64,000 bases of DNA from Phoronis australis (lineage: Eukaryota > Animalia > Phoronida). The notes beneath the pieces are model-generated. The model ran no database searches and was not told the origin of the DNA. It was given only the letters and a program-made list of their open reading frames with translations. Of the stretch, positions 53,395-64,000 are shown one piece after another (the first letter of the stretch is position 1; every line of letters starts with the position of its first letter). A program made the translations under genes and the position numbers. The stretch spans positions 1 to 64,000 of the forward strand of contig NMRA01000245.1 in NCBI GenBank assembly GCA_002633005.1. Reading direction: 5' to 3'.

Positions 53395-54360
53395 TACAAC
53401 AAACAACAACACAACAAACAACAACACAACAACACAACAAACAGCGAAACGTTTACTCAAAACTCATAGGGTCACTGGCCCACAGTTCAACATATTAATA
53501 TACAAACAGTATAATCTCGCCATATCATTAAATACTCACTTCGTTCCTAATTGCCATTGCTTGTTGAATGAAGGATGCTGTATTTCTTAAAACATACAGA
53601 GAATCTGAACCTAAGAGTGCTTTAATGTTTCTATTTCTAACAATTCATTGTGGTAATAAATATTTCCGTAGGTCTGCAAGAACAGGACAATCAAATAAAA
53701 AGTGTATCTCTGTTTCAAGTTCATCGGTGTTACAAATTCTTTCTGGTCGCGGTATATTGTTTCTCATAGCTAACTCAGTCATAACATGATGCGTCGAGCA
53801 CTTCAAATTTGATATTGCAAATACTTGATTTAAAGACAGGCTACAACATAAATACTTTTCACATGTTAATTCAGATTTAATTGAATGGTAAAAATTACAT
53901 TTATCCGTATTTGCAAGTGAAGACGACCACAATTGAAAATTCATTCCCTAAGTCTTTGCTTAAAAGAAATTTAAAAAATCGTTTCATCACAAACACCTTG
54001 TTGCAACCAAGCACACCCAAACTCGGTTGTAAATAATACATTTTTACTAAGGTACACCAGTTATTTTGACCTTTCAAATCTTTTTCACGCAGCATTATGT
54101 AACATTATTTTGGCAATCTGTCGTCATTCATTTTCAAACATTTCAAGTAGTACTTTAAAATGGGTTTGCACATACATGTCAAACACAAATCAAAACGTCC
54201 ACATTCACCTTTTGCAATAACATTTGTTGTCTTGATACCTGTACGTAATAACCATTTACAAAACGCAAGCTGAACACTTTCTATTTCCTTCCTGTAGGTT
54301 GTACCCCACAATTCTGCACCATAAAACAAAATAGGTGCCACCATAGAATCAAAAATTATG
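53395..54360 (-). mobile_element. RTE-X-like LINE 3' fragment with (GTTGT)n-like tail
   Basis: FDSMVAPILFYGAELWG...FCKWLL...GECGR...IPRPERIC...ETEIHFLFDCP; short tandem repeat at 53395-53445. Clade assignment is tentative. Confidence 0.75.
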
Positions 54361-54469
54361 TTATTTTTACATTTCTATTTGGTCCCATTTTGAATAAATA
54401 ACACTGATGAGAACAAGGCAACCAGGTTTCGATTACTTATTACTCGTTTTTATGCTCTTGGTCCAAGGC

Positions 54470-54617
54470 AAAAAGGGTCAGTCTTCCGTCGCTTGACTGG
54501 CTTTTGAAGTAAACGGTGTTACGAAAGTGGGTTGATTTACGCACGACTAAACGACCAAGCTCGATGTATGTGATGTGCTTCCGATAGGAGTCTCCTGCTC
54601 CGCAACCGGTCAAGAAA
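54470..54617 (+). promoter_or_regulatory. Probable SOAT promoter / 5' UTR
   Basis: Locally CpG-retaining stretch with two CTTCCG ETS-type motifs directly upstream of the ATG. Confidence 0.4.
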
Positions 54618-54684
54618 ATGGCTGATTTTGAGACAGATGAGCTTCAACGTGTAAACAAAAGATTCGAAAACGGGATTCACTCAG
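54618..54684 (+). CDS. SOAT1: SOAT/ACAT sterol O-acyltransferase, probable first coding exon (MADFETDELQRVNKRFENGIHS)
   Basis: AAAATGG start context downstream of CTTCCG (ETS-like) motifs; ends CAG|GTTTGG in phase 1, compatible with the 56844 exon. N-terminus is poorly conserved, so the call rests on context and phase. Confidence 0.55.
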
Positions 54685-55551
54685 GTTTGGAAGTTGTTAA
54701 CTGTCCATAAATGAAACAGAAGTATTTTAGGAGCTTAAAATAAGTCATAAGTGGCTGATTGATAGTTTCAATTCACCAAAGAATCCAACGTGACGGTGAG
54801 GAATACGTGTCGTCGTTGTTGTGTTCGTCGTTGACAAATTGAAGTGAAGCATTTTTGGTCCATCAGTCCTCCTTCTAGGGGTAGAGTTGGTGGCCCTTTT
54901 GTGTATTCGGTTAAACGATAGATATCGGCAACAGCTGGTGACATCTTTGCGAAATTTACTGAAAACCAGAAATCCCAGCAAATTTTCCTGCCTATAAACT
55001 TTACTCTCTGATGGCCTGATGCAATACTCAGTCTTGTTGAGCTTGTTGTAATGTCTTGATCGTCACTGCTCATTTATAGCGTTCCCTGATTGAGAGAACT
55101 TGTTTCATCTGCTGAGTAGTGGACTTGATCTTCAGTGATCAGTGATCCTCGTTCTGTGACTCAGAGACCTCTGTGTACCCAACCATGCTCTCTTCAGCAA
55201 GACAATTTCTATTTGAATGTATTAGAGATGTATTGTCGACATTACTCACTTGGAGAACCCATACACAACTCTGCTCAGGTCTGGTGATGAAGTGACAAGT
55301 TTTGCCTGGTCACAGCAACCTAGTTCCAGCCAGCAGGAGTCAACTCCAGTCAAGTGGACAATTTTTTGATACTAATGAATATCCCAAGCGCATACCATGT
55401 GCGGTGAAACTGTGGGTGCATTTCATTACTAGTAACTTTGCATTTATCATGTTCCATTTTTCAAAGACTGATTAAGTTAATTACTTTACTGCAAGTAATG
55501 GAAAGTTTACCAAAAGTTGTATTATGACATCTTCATAGTACAATCCATGTT

Positions 55552-55700
55552 CAGGGGCGGATCCAGGATTTTTAATTAGGAGAGGTCAGGACAGATTATT
55601 AGCCAGGATTTTGCCCGTGAGACATTCGCATCCCCGAATTTTCAAATGGGAGAGTTTTAGGGGGGCCATGCCCCCTTGGCCCCCTCTAAATCCACGGCTG
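55552..55700. mobile_element. hAT-like MITE copy in SOAT intron 1
   Basis: CAGGGGCGGATCCAGG...TAAATCCACGGCTG; flanks ATGTT/ATGCT. Confidence 0.75.
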
Positions 55701-55902
55701 ATGCTAATCATAGTCTAAAATTTCATTGATCTATATTTTTGATTAAGAAATTGACAAATTAGAAGTTAACTTATCAGCCATATTGTGTATTAAATAAGTG
55801 TAGAATTGCCATCCACGTGTACTGAACAACCACAGAGCCTTTTTTAAAATGTGAAAGTAAATAGCAAACAGGATTGTCAACTCAACACAATACCAGTTTG
55901 TA

Positions 55903-56312
55903 AAGTGCTGTCCAAACACAGACTTGCCCTAGAACAAGTTACTCCTGGAACGAGTTTTTGCTAGGTTTGGAGTCTGTATGGACAATATTTAAACTAGCTC
56001 AACTTACCTCACTTGTGACAACTTACTCCACCTTATCAAGGTGGGGCAACTTGTTCTAGGGTAACTTGGGCCACTTTTAATTCATGTGTGGTCGCAAAAT
56101 TGAAGTAGGAGGGAAGTAATGATTAGCTGTAGTTACATGAACAGACGAGTTTTCTCTTGTGCGGTGTATTGGCATTAGCTGTTCATTGTCGAGCACAGAG
56201 CGACAACTTCCGCCCTTACCCTTGTTATGTAGTATGTGTGCGTGTGGACGCTCCACTTAAAAGTGGGGTAAGTTGCACAAGTTCTGGGGTAGGCTGTGTG
56301 TGGACGGCACTG
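55903..56312. mobile_element. MITE with about 35-bp imperfect TIRs
   Basis: AGTGCTGTCCAAACACAGACTTGCCCTAGAAC versus GTTCTGGGGTAGGCTGTGTGTGGACGGCACT. Confidence 0.6.
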
Positions 56313-56843
56313 TAGTTGGCCTCGTGACTGTAGGTGTTTAGCACTTCCTTTGTTTGGTTCTGAACACCTGCTTAACCAATATTAAATGAGGTGTGACTTT
56401 TTGTTTGGTTTAACCAACCATTCGCGTGTTGGCCGTGAATCATGTCTGAAATTCAAGACATATAAATCAAAATGGTGATCCCAGTATTGTTTGTAATAAA
56501 TTACCTGGAACTTTAATGTCTCTTAAACAAAAACGTTTTCGCACAAAAGAATTTAAATTTAATAAATATAAACATCATGAACCACTGTGATGACAAATGG
56601 TAAGCCTCAGAAAAACAGAGATTTGGCAATTATTAATTTTGCAATTATTTTTGTCCCAAATTGAAGATCAGTTGCCATACTGTCAGTATGGGTAACCATA
56701 GTAACCATATAGCTGTCTGTTATCAGTCCTCAATATCTAATGTTAACTTTTAGCATAACGTGTCTTCACTGCCCCCTGTAGGTGAGTGATGAACAGCGAG
56801 GTCGCTGAGTGTCATGTTTAGCTTGTCTTTGTTGTTATTGTAG

Positions 56844-56911
56844 CTTCAATCAAGTGTCAAAATGAGGTGAAGAAGCATATTACATATGGACAGCTACGTC
56901 ACAAGGCCTCC
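56844..56911 (+). CDS. SOAT1: SOAT exon 2 ((A)SIKCQNEVKKHITYGQLRHKAS)
   Basis: TTGTAG acceptor and GTAAGT donor; open frame; phase 1 in, phase 0 out, joining exon 3 in frame. Confidence 0.7.
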
Positions 56912-56944
56912 GTAAGTCTCACGCTTTCAGTTTCAACATTTTAA

Positions 56945-57418
56945 AGTTGTGTAGGACCTTTTTGACAAATATCTACAAAACTACAAAAACTATTTACGTA
57001 AATGAAAGTTAAAAGCCTGTGGAAAGTAATTTTTGACTATATCAGTCTGCCGTTAATTGGGTCATGTGTCCATGTTTTTTAGTAATGTTTAGCAAAAAAG
57101 AAAGGTAAATTCACACAAAACAGCAGTAGCAATAACATGACCTAATTTCATGTAATATAATTTTTCAAGATGAAATCTCAAAAATGCTGTCATCATAGTT
57201 TTCGAAGTTTATGATTTTGTTTTACGCGGGTTTTAATTTTCCGTGAAAATCATGTAAACCTCTCATGCCTAAGTGGGACAGTTTAAGTCCGCTCCTGGCA
57301 GCGCTTTGGATAACGGTGTATGAAGCTCAGTGTGTGAACGTTTCATGAGGATCCCATCAGCCATTTCTGAGATATGTTGTTCCAAAAAAACCAAATCTGG
57401 ACACGGTCCTAGATAGCC
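56945..57418. mobile_element. TTAA-flanked MITE (GTTGTGTAGGACC TIR family) in SOAT intron 2
   Basis: TTAA|AGTTGTGTAGGACC ... GGTCCTAGATAGCC|TTAA; related pieces at about 16440-16570, 18550-18790 and 60938-61350. Confidence 0.6.
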
Positions 57419-59254
57419 TTAAGGATTTCATCAGTTTGGAAACTGTGCCCATCATATGGTAATACCTGGCTTTCTTAAACAGTGATCTTTATGGCCAGCC
57501 CCCGTTAATGTATGCAGTCTTTCCTGTCAGGAAGCTGAACAAACTTACTTTCCAAGTTTTGTAAAATTTTGGCTTAATTCCAACTTTTTGTTTGTTCGTA
57601 TGTTATTGATTAAAAGGTTCAGTCACATGATTTGGAGTGTTTACCACAGGATGTTTCTAATCTTATGAGTCACATGACCTTTGTTCTCTTGACCCTGACC
57701 ATATTGTTCTTATATCAACAGTGCTTTGATTATTAAAGCACATGTCCTTCCTTCAGCTGTATGAGATACATATATATATATACATTACTCATGGCCATTG
57801 ACTAACTGTGTACATAACAAATACATGGACAATTATAATAAGCATGGATAGGCATGCACTGCTTTCAACAGAGTCACTATATAATACTAGTACTGGTAAT
57901 AGGTACATTATACCCCAAAAGTATTCAGACAAAATGACCCTAATTAATTCTTCATGGCAGCTGGACCGAAGCCAGATTAATTGTCAGAGTACTCCCCCCC
58001 CATGACTGAAAATGAAAGAGAATTAACTGGAAAGTTAGTAATGTGGCTAAGGCATTCTGTAATTAGAATTTGCCCCCATAATCGCTATTACCAGTTATTT
58101 CTACTGTTAACAGAATTAGCTATCATGACGTGAGAAATGGTATTTTGTTTCTTTACTTTTGTCTTGTACCGTATACTTAATGGAGCAATCCCAGTTGGTA
58201 AATGGAAATTAAAGTAATCCACTGGGGTTTTAAGTGCAGTGTCAGTTTTTCTATGGATGTTGAAAGCACCGGTAAATGAGATGTGTCTGTAAGCAGTTAG
58301 ATTTGAGTTAAAGTTTTGGATTCGTGAGAAGTGTTTTTTTGATTTGTGAGATGGCTTTGTTAACAGTTTGAGAAAGTCTGTGGTGCGTGAGATGTGTCTA
58401 AAAAGTTAGTGAAAGTCTGTGGTGTGACCCCTCCATGCCTCACACTTTTGTAGGTAAATATAAAAACTACGAAAGGGGGCTCTTTTGAAAAATAAATTTG
58501 TTTTAATATGGAATGAGAATCTGTGGCAAAGTGTAGTCATGATAAATGTTAATTTCAACAACCCGATTGTTATTAATGCACTCGCTGCAGAAGACCCCAA
58601 TAGAATACGATGTTCCTGGCGATGACCCTTTCTACTGTGACTGGAAATTGATCCAGCTTTTGCATTTACAGTGATTCTTACTATTTTGAAAATCAATTTG
58701 ATGAAAGAAATTGCAGGGGACACTGGCCCTAGCAGGGGATGCTTAACTGAAAATTCTCGAAAGCAGATTGTGGGCACAAAGCTGAGCAATTAAAATTGTT
58801 AAAAGTACTGGATGGGTGCTTAGCCGAGCAGTGGGTGCTTATTGAAAATTCCCATGTGTGGAGAGTGTGCACTTAATTGTAACTAAATTAGGGAGTGCAC
58901 ACATGAGCACATGTTGTTGTAAATATAGGTGATTATATTCACTTAGTTTTGCTAGGCATTTATCTATATCTGTGGTAATGACATGAGTCAAATGTTGATT
59001 ACTGTGGAGAAATTAATACATTTTTGTAAAACGTGAAAACGTACGAGACAGTTGTCCCAAGTAAAAACTGTTCATGAAGGAAATGTTGATGTAAACAAAG
59101 TGACATGAATATGTATGAGAAACATAAAGTCATGTTGCTGTTTTTCACACGATGGCAAAGTTATTGTTGTTTAGATCAGTCAAGTGCTTCTCAAACTGAC
59201 TCAGATGTCTTGGTGAGTGGTTTGAAATGCACCCTGAATAGCCACCTAGCTTCA

Positions 59255-59555
59255 TTACCTGAGATCCTCTCCTGGGGTCTCAACCTTTAGGTCTGCGCCA
59301 TTAGTCCTGACGTGGGATTCTTTACCTTTAGGTCTTCATCTGAGGTTCTGACCTCTAGGTCCTCACTTGAAGTCTCAACCTTTAGGTTCTCATCTGAGGC
59401 CTTATTTAGGGCCTCATATGAGGTCCCCACCTGGGGTTACAAACCTGTAGGTCCGCACTTGATTTCCAGACCTCTGGGTCTTCATCTTAAGTCTTGGCCT
59501 TTAGGCCCTCTTTTGAGGTCCTGACCCTAAGTCTTTGCTTGAGGTCCTGACGTGT
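59255..59555 (+). repeat. Degenerate 13/14-bp minisatellite (AGGTCCTCACCTG-like) in SOAT intron 2
   Basis: Periodic AGGTC..ACCT units. Confidence 0.7.
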
Positions 59556-59701
59556 TGTGCATTAACTATTAAGAGATTGTTTTCATAGTTCTTCATGAAC
59601 TATAATCTCGACCCGATGTATGTCATTTGATTGAAATTCAAGTTAATTATTCTTTTGTTCTTTGTATTATGTAATTATGAAGACATTTACCTTTTGTTTA
59701 G

Positions 59702-59895
59702 CAACTTCGCGCTGAAGTGACAAGTCAGTTTGAGAACCAGTTGACAGATCTCGTGGATGACTTTGTCACAGATATGGAGAAGTTACACGGGGATGGCAAC
59801 TCAGACAGCAATGGTTCGGCGAACTACAATCCAAAAAAGATGCGCTCAGACCACCTGCCTGACAAAGTTTATGTATCGAGACGATCTCTGCTAAC
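59702..59895 (+). CDS. SOAT1: SOAT exon 3 (QLRAEVTSQFENQLTDLVDDFVTDMEK...LPDKVYVSRRSLL)
   Basis: CCTTTTGTTTAG acceptor, GTACGT donor; DDFVT and KVYVSRRSLL resemble mammalian SOAT1 FDDFVTNL and KIFIARRSLL. Confidence 0.9.
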
Positions 59896-60937
59896 GTACG
59901 TATTGCAAGGGCTCAATTATGGTTCAGCTCAAATTATGCACTGTACGTGCTACAGTGAGATTGGGTAGAATTTTGGACACCTAAAAACAGCTGTCTTCCA
60001 ACTGAGTAAAAAATTTGAGACACTTTTAACTCGTCAAAAATAATTTCTGTGAACTGTACCCAGATATCAGACAATCTTAAAAAAACTTAAGTGATATCTC
60101 GCCATATTTCATTGTAGTCTTCCTTGTGGAAACATTTTCACAATTTTAGACAACACACCACTGACTGGAATTTCTTTCATTTATTTCAGAATTAACAGAC
60201 ACAACTTTTCATAGGTGGAAATTAAGTTTTCCATTTAGCACATCCGTTTTTTAATTACTCTATTAAAAACTCAAAAGCAAACACTTGCCTTGGTACCTTT
60301 TTATTTGCATGGAATCCTTGTTGAACTTTGCACACAGAGTTTCTTATAATACAGTGTCTTTATCACTTGACAAGGATTAGAAGGCTAAATAAAATAGCCA
60401 ATATACTAACTAGTAGATTCATACATCCTCTCAGTAAATGTATTCCCTATCAACTCCTCAGTCCCCAGTTGCTATAATGTGCAGGATTTAAATTGCTAAT
60501 TGACGTGTTACTGAATTAGTTCTTGCTGATGGGATCTGCATGATTTGTTTCAGGGTAAGTTCAGATCTGTGTTGAAAAGGTGTTGATATAGCCCATTACA
60601 TTGTATCACCATTTCCTATAGGAAAGTATTAGAAACCTCATATTTTGTCCCTACCTGTTTTTTTAGATTATCTTATCGGGGAAAAGTTGGTCAAGTTGAC
60701 AAAATAAGTTTAGGTACCAAACAAGGGACTTGGTTGTTTGCCAGGTTATAACACTTGGTGTTATCATTATGGTTGGGTTGTGTTCCAGTGACCTAAATGA
60801 TGGGGTTCAATGTCAATCTAAGCACACAAGTCCATGTTGAAGAAGTTATCAAAAATAAGCTGTGTAGTGTCGGACTACATATAACGTCATGGATATAAAC
60901 TCCACCGTAGCACATTTTAAAATATCGTGATCTATTT

Positions 60938-61350
60938 GAGGTTTTGTAGGACCCTCGGGTATATCCACCAAATTTGGCTAAGTTTGAAACGTCATATCTA
61001 AGAAACAATTGATTGTATTCACATTAAAGTTCCGTATATAATTCTGTATGCTCATGTCTCAAAACAAGGAAGGTGAAATCTCAAAAATGCTGCTACAGTT
61101 TCCTAAATTATCTCCTCGTTTTTGTTTTATGCAGCTTTGGAGTTTTTTTTTTCATAAAAATCAAAAGTCCTGTTTTTATGTACCCTCAAAATGCAAAATT
61201 AGAGCATTTTAAAAACAATTCCTTGCTAATAGAGTGATTTGCAGAGTTGTGCATAAAGCTTAGTGCCTGAATGTTTCATAAGAATCCAACCAACCATTTC
61301 TGAGACACCATACCAAATTTGGACATTTTTCTGGGGTCATACTTAACCTA
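60938..61350. mobile_element. Copy of the GTTGTGTAGGACC MITE family in SOAT intron 3
   Basis: GGTTTTGTAGGACCC ... GGGTCATACTTAACC termini and the shared CCATTTCTGAGA...AAATTTGGACATTTT motif. Confidence 0.55.
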
Positions 61351-61493
61351 AAGCTGACTTGAAGCAGTATCTGTTGCTTCAGTAGTCTTTCACACTGTTT
61401 TCTGTTTAACCACCCATTCTTCATTGACTTGGTTCATTAGTTTTTTATGTGTGTAAAATTGTTGTTCACCGTTTTTACTTGAATGTATTACAG

Positions 61494-61601
61494 AGATCTT
61501 CTTGAGATCAGTCACATCCAGACTATCTATCATATATTTGTGGCTATTCTTATCATCTTCACACTTAATACGGTCGTCAGTGACATAGTAAACAACGGCA
61601 A
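61494..61601 (+). CDS. SOAT1: SOAT exon 4 (TDLLEISHIQTIYHIFVAILIIFTLNTVVSDIVNNGK), first transmembrane helix
   Basis: TACAG acceptor, GTAAGT donor, phase 2/2; matches SOAT1 [36 protein letters not shown]. Confidence 0.93.
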
Positions 61602-62905
61602 GTAAGTAGCCATATTTAATCACAGGCATTATTCGGTTCTTGGAGAAGCATTATCTAATGAACTTGCTCGGTATTGGCTTGTGTAGTAGTTGAGTTGTCG
61701 ATGCCAAGTTCATTAAACTCTGGGTCGTGAATGTTAATTATCTACGTATGCACCTGTGTGTTGTAGACGAGCTGTTATTACTAATGAAAAATGTGTTGCA
61801 ATGCGTGGCCAGTACTGTTGATGCATTCAACCATATGTGATATTTAGGAGTGAACTATAGCTTAGACCATCACTGGGACCATTCATGTATTATGCCGTAC
61901 AAAATTTGCCACGTTTTATCCCCCTCTGTTATCACCACGTAACCTCTAATCTATATTATCTTTGCACAATCTGTGGTCTTCAGTGTTGACCATGTTTATG
62001 ACAGTCGATTACCCAACCTTGAACCCGCATCATCCTCGTGTCGTCAATCGTCTTTTCCAAACGCCACTTACCTTCAGACTACGATGATTATGTGAAGGGA
62101 ACGTCACTGAAAATGTGTCGCTTAATGTGTTTACATCCAATGGAAAATGAATTCATATTTACATCCATGTGTCGCAATTCTAAAAGTGTATTTCTGAATC
62201 GTCTGAAATGACATATTGAGGCGTCATTAATTTATGCCGTTGAAACCATCATTTGTATTGTTTTGTGTGGTCAGGGGACATGTCGAGGTCAGGGTAGTGA
62301 CCCTGATGAAAAGTTTTGTGTATAGACAACTGATAAAGTTGAAATCATACTTGAGGTTAGAAACATAGTAATGTCTTCTTACATCCCCTAATAGTTCTTT
62401 ATTTGATTTTTAATTGCAGATGCAGTCAGTTTTGCTTGGTCAATCATATCCACACCTCTGGGTTTTCCAGTGTTCTACACAACCTGTTTTGACTCGTCAC
62501 GTGTTGAGTTTGAATTTTGGTGTGACAAGTTTGTCTTATTGCGTTGAGGTTTAAAACGTACACGAGTTTGAAGTATTGGGAGATTAGTCATTTCTTAAGC
62601 AAATTAGAACATTTTTGAATTTTTGGTTCCAAGACTTAACACACAAACTCCCCACAGTATGGACATAGACTTTTGAACACGTACATAAATTTTGCAATTC
62701 CATTCGAGTTTGAATTTTCTGTTGTGGAGAACTCTGGTTTCACCTCTGAATGTGGCCAAATTTTGAACATGTCTGGTTAATCGTACTTGGAGATTAAATC
62801 CTGCAGCATTTTTAGTTCATTTACTCTGTGTAACATAATTGACATGCCCTGTGACTTTCCTATTGATCAATGCAACTAATAATTATGATGTATTATGTTA
62901 TACAG

Positions 62906-63060
62906 GTTAGGTTTAGACTTTGGTCTGATGACATGGGCCTTTGGTAACCCCTCTTTTGTTATGATGCTGTGGGTCGTCATGACAATGAGCTCGCTTGTCC
63001 TCGTCTACATCCTGTTCACATTTTGGGCCCAGTACAGGCGCATTGGCTGTCAATCACCGA
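62906..63060 (+). CDS. SOAT1: SOAT exon 5 (LGLDFGLMTWAFGNPSFVMMLWVVMTMSSLVLVYILFTFWAQYRRIGCQSP)
   Basis: TACAG acceptor, GTGAGT donor, phase 2 in, phase 1 out; matches SOAT1 [22 protein letters not shown]...LFQHW. Confidence 0.93.
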
Positions 63061-63109
63061 GTGAGTTGCTTGTTGGTCTACATAACTGTTCCAGCAAATC
63101 TAAATTCAA

Positions 63110-63358
63110 ACGAGAAATAGCGAGTGCTTCCAACTTACTGTGTGCAAAACGGACACCTTCGGATATTCTTTATTCCCACACAGCCTGTTCCCACGTACAT
63201 TACTAGACTGGAATCATCTGCCTGAGGAATTAGTGACAGCTCAATCTTCCGAGAGCCTTTTCATCAGGCCTCAAATCGCTGCTGTTCTGATTACTTTACT
63301 CACTCCCTGTTGCCACTATGCCAGTATTGGTTACTGCAACGTAGTGGACAGATTCAGA
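63110..63358 (+). mobile_element. CR1/L2 extreme 3' fragment in SOAT intron 5
   Basis: SLFPRTLLDWNHLP matches the SFFPRTIxDWNxLP C-terminal motif of CR1/L2 ORF2. Confidence 0.7.
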
Positions 63359-63876
63359 GCTCTTTTAGTTGTTCAAGAAAACTAGATCTGTGTCAATGAA
63401 TGGTTGAAAATGTTAATTACCAAGTTTGGTCTAAACAAATTTATTTAAAACTGGTGTAGTCTATTTTTAACCAAAAAAATTGTGTCAATGTGTATTACTT
63501 TAGAAATACGTATCTGTCTGTTTCTAATGTCAGTGGCTTTTGTAGTAAGCAGTACTTCTGAATGATGTCAGGTGAAAAGAAAATGCACAAAAAGTATCTG
63601 CCTCCAAGTTCTTAGTCATATCTGTAAGCGTTTTCAATTTACATTGAAAAATATTTGTGAAACAAGGGCCCCTGGTTACGTGTCTGTATTGCTATCTGTC
63701 TAGGGAGGTACTTCAACATAGCAAAGGTTGTCCTCACAAGTGATGGGAGTTTTAGGTGTGAAAGTGGGGGATTGCCATCACCAGAGGGCAGTAGTAGTTG
63801 TCAGTCCTATGTGTCCACCTACCATTGGTTGATGGAAATCTCTTGCATTAACTTGTACTATATGTATCTTTGACAG

Positions 63877-64000
63877 GTCTGTTCGACTACGCCTGGCTGG
63901 TCGTCTATATCGTCTATCAGATACTATTTATGGTTCTTCCCCTACAAGCCGTGTTCCACTACCAGCTCCCCCCTGTGTCCACTATGATCATCATATGTGA
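63877..64000 (+). CDS. SOAT1: SOAT exon 6, truncated by the window edge (SLFDYAWLVVYIVYQILFMVLPLQAVFHYQLPPVSTMIIIC...)
   Basis: TTTGACAG acceptor in phase 1; YQLPPVSTMIIIC matches SOAT1 YTLPPASRFIIIFEQ. Confidence 0.92.

Noticed and set aside
54404-54436. Hammerhead-like CTGATGAGAAC...GTTTCGA upstream of SOAT
   Set aside because: No GAAA box or cleavage triplet.
62895-63206. 103-aa single-exon membrane protein ORF
   Set aside because: It is SOAT exon 5 read through into the intron.

Overview
AT-rich, repeat-dense eukaryotic (metazoan, probably marine invertebrate) draft-assembly DNA with two N gaps; it is not prokaryotic, and almost all ORFs in the supplied track are spurious or transposon relics. 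One host gene is clearly recognisable: the 5' part of a sterol O-acyltransferase (SOAT/ACAT, MBOAT family) on the + strand, with six phase-compatible coding exons from 54618 running off the right edge. The rest is nested transposon relics: a Penelope-like element (RT C-terminus + GIY-YIG endonuclease) with an inverted copy of its terminal repeat, each arm carrying a tRNA-like Pol III box A/B module and a minimal hammerhead ribozyme; CR1/L2- and RTE-X-like LINE fragments; hAT-like MITEs with 5-bp target duplications; TTAA-flanked Kolobok-like elements (with KolX-like and THAP remnants); Harbinger- and Tc1/pogo-like MITEs; a RecQ-helicase remnant; and a palindrome of two head-to-head tRNA-like heads. 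The most interesting observation is the tRNA-promoter + hammerhead cassette in the Penelope terminal repeat. All calls were made by eye; no database searches were run.
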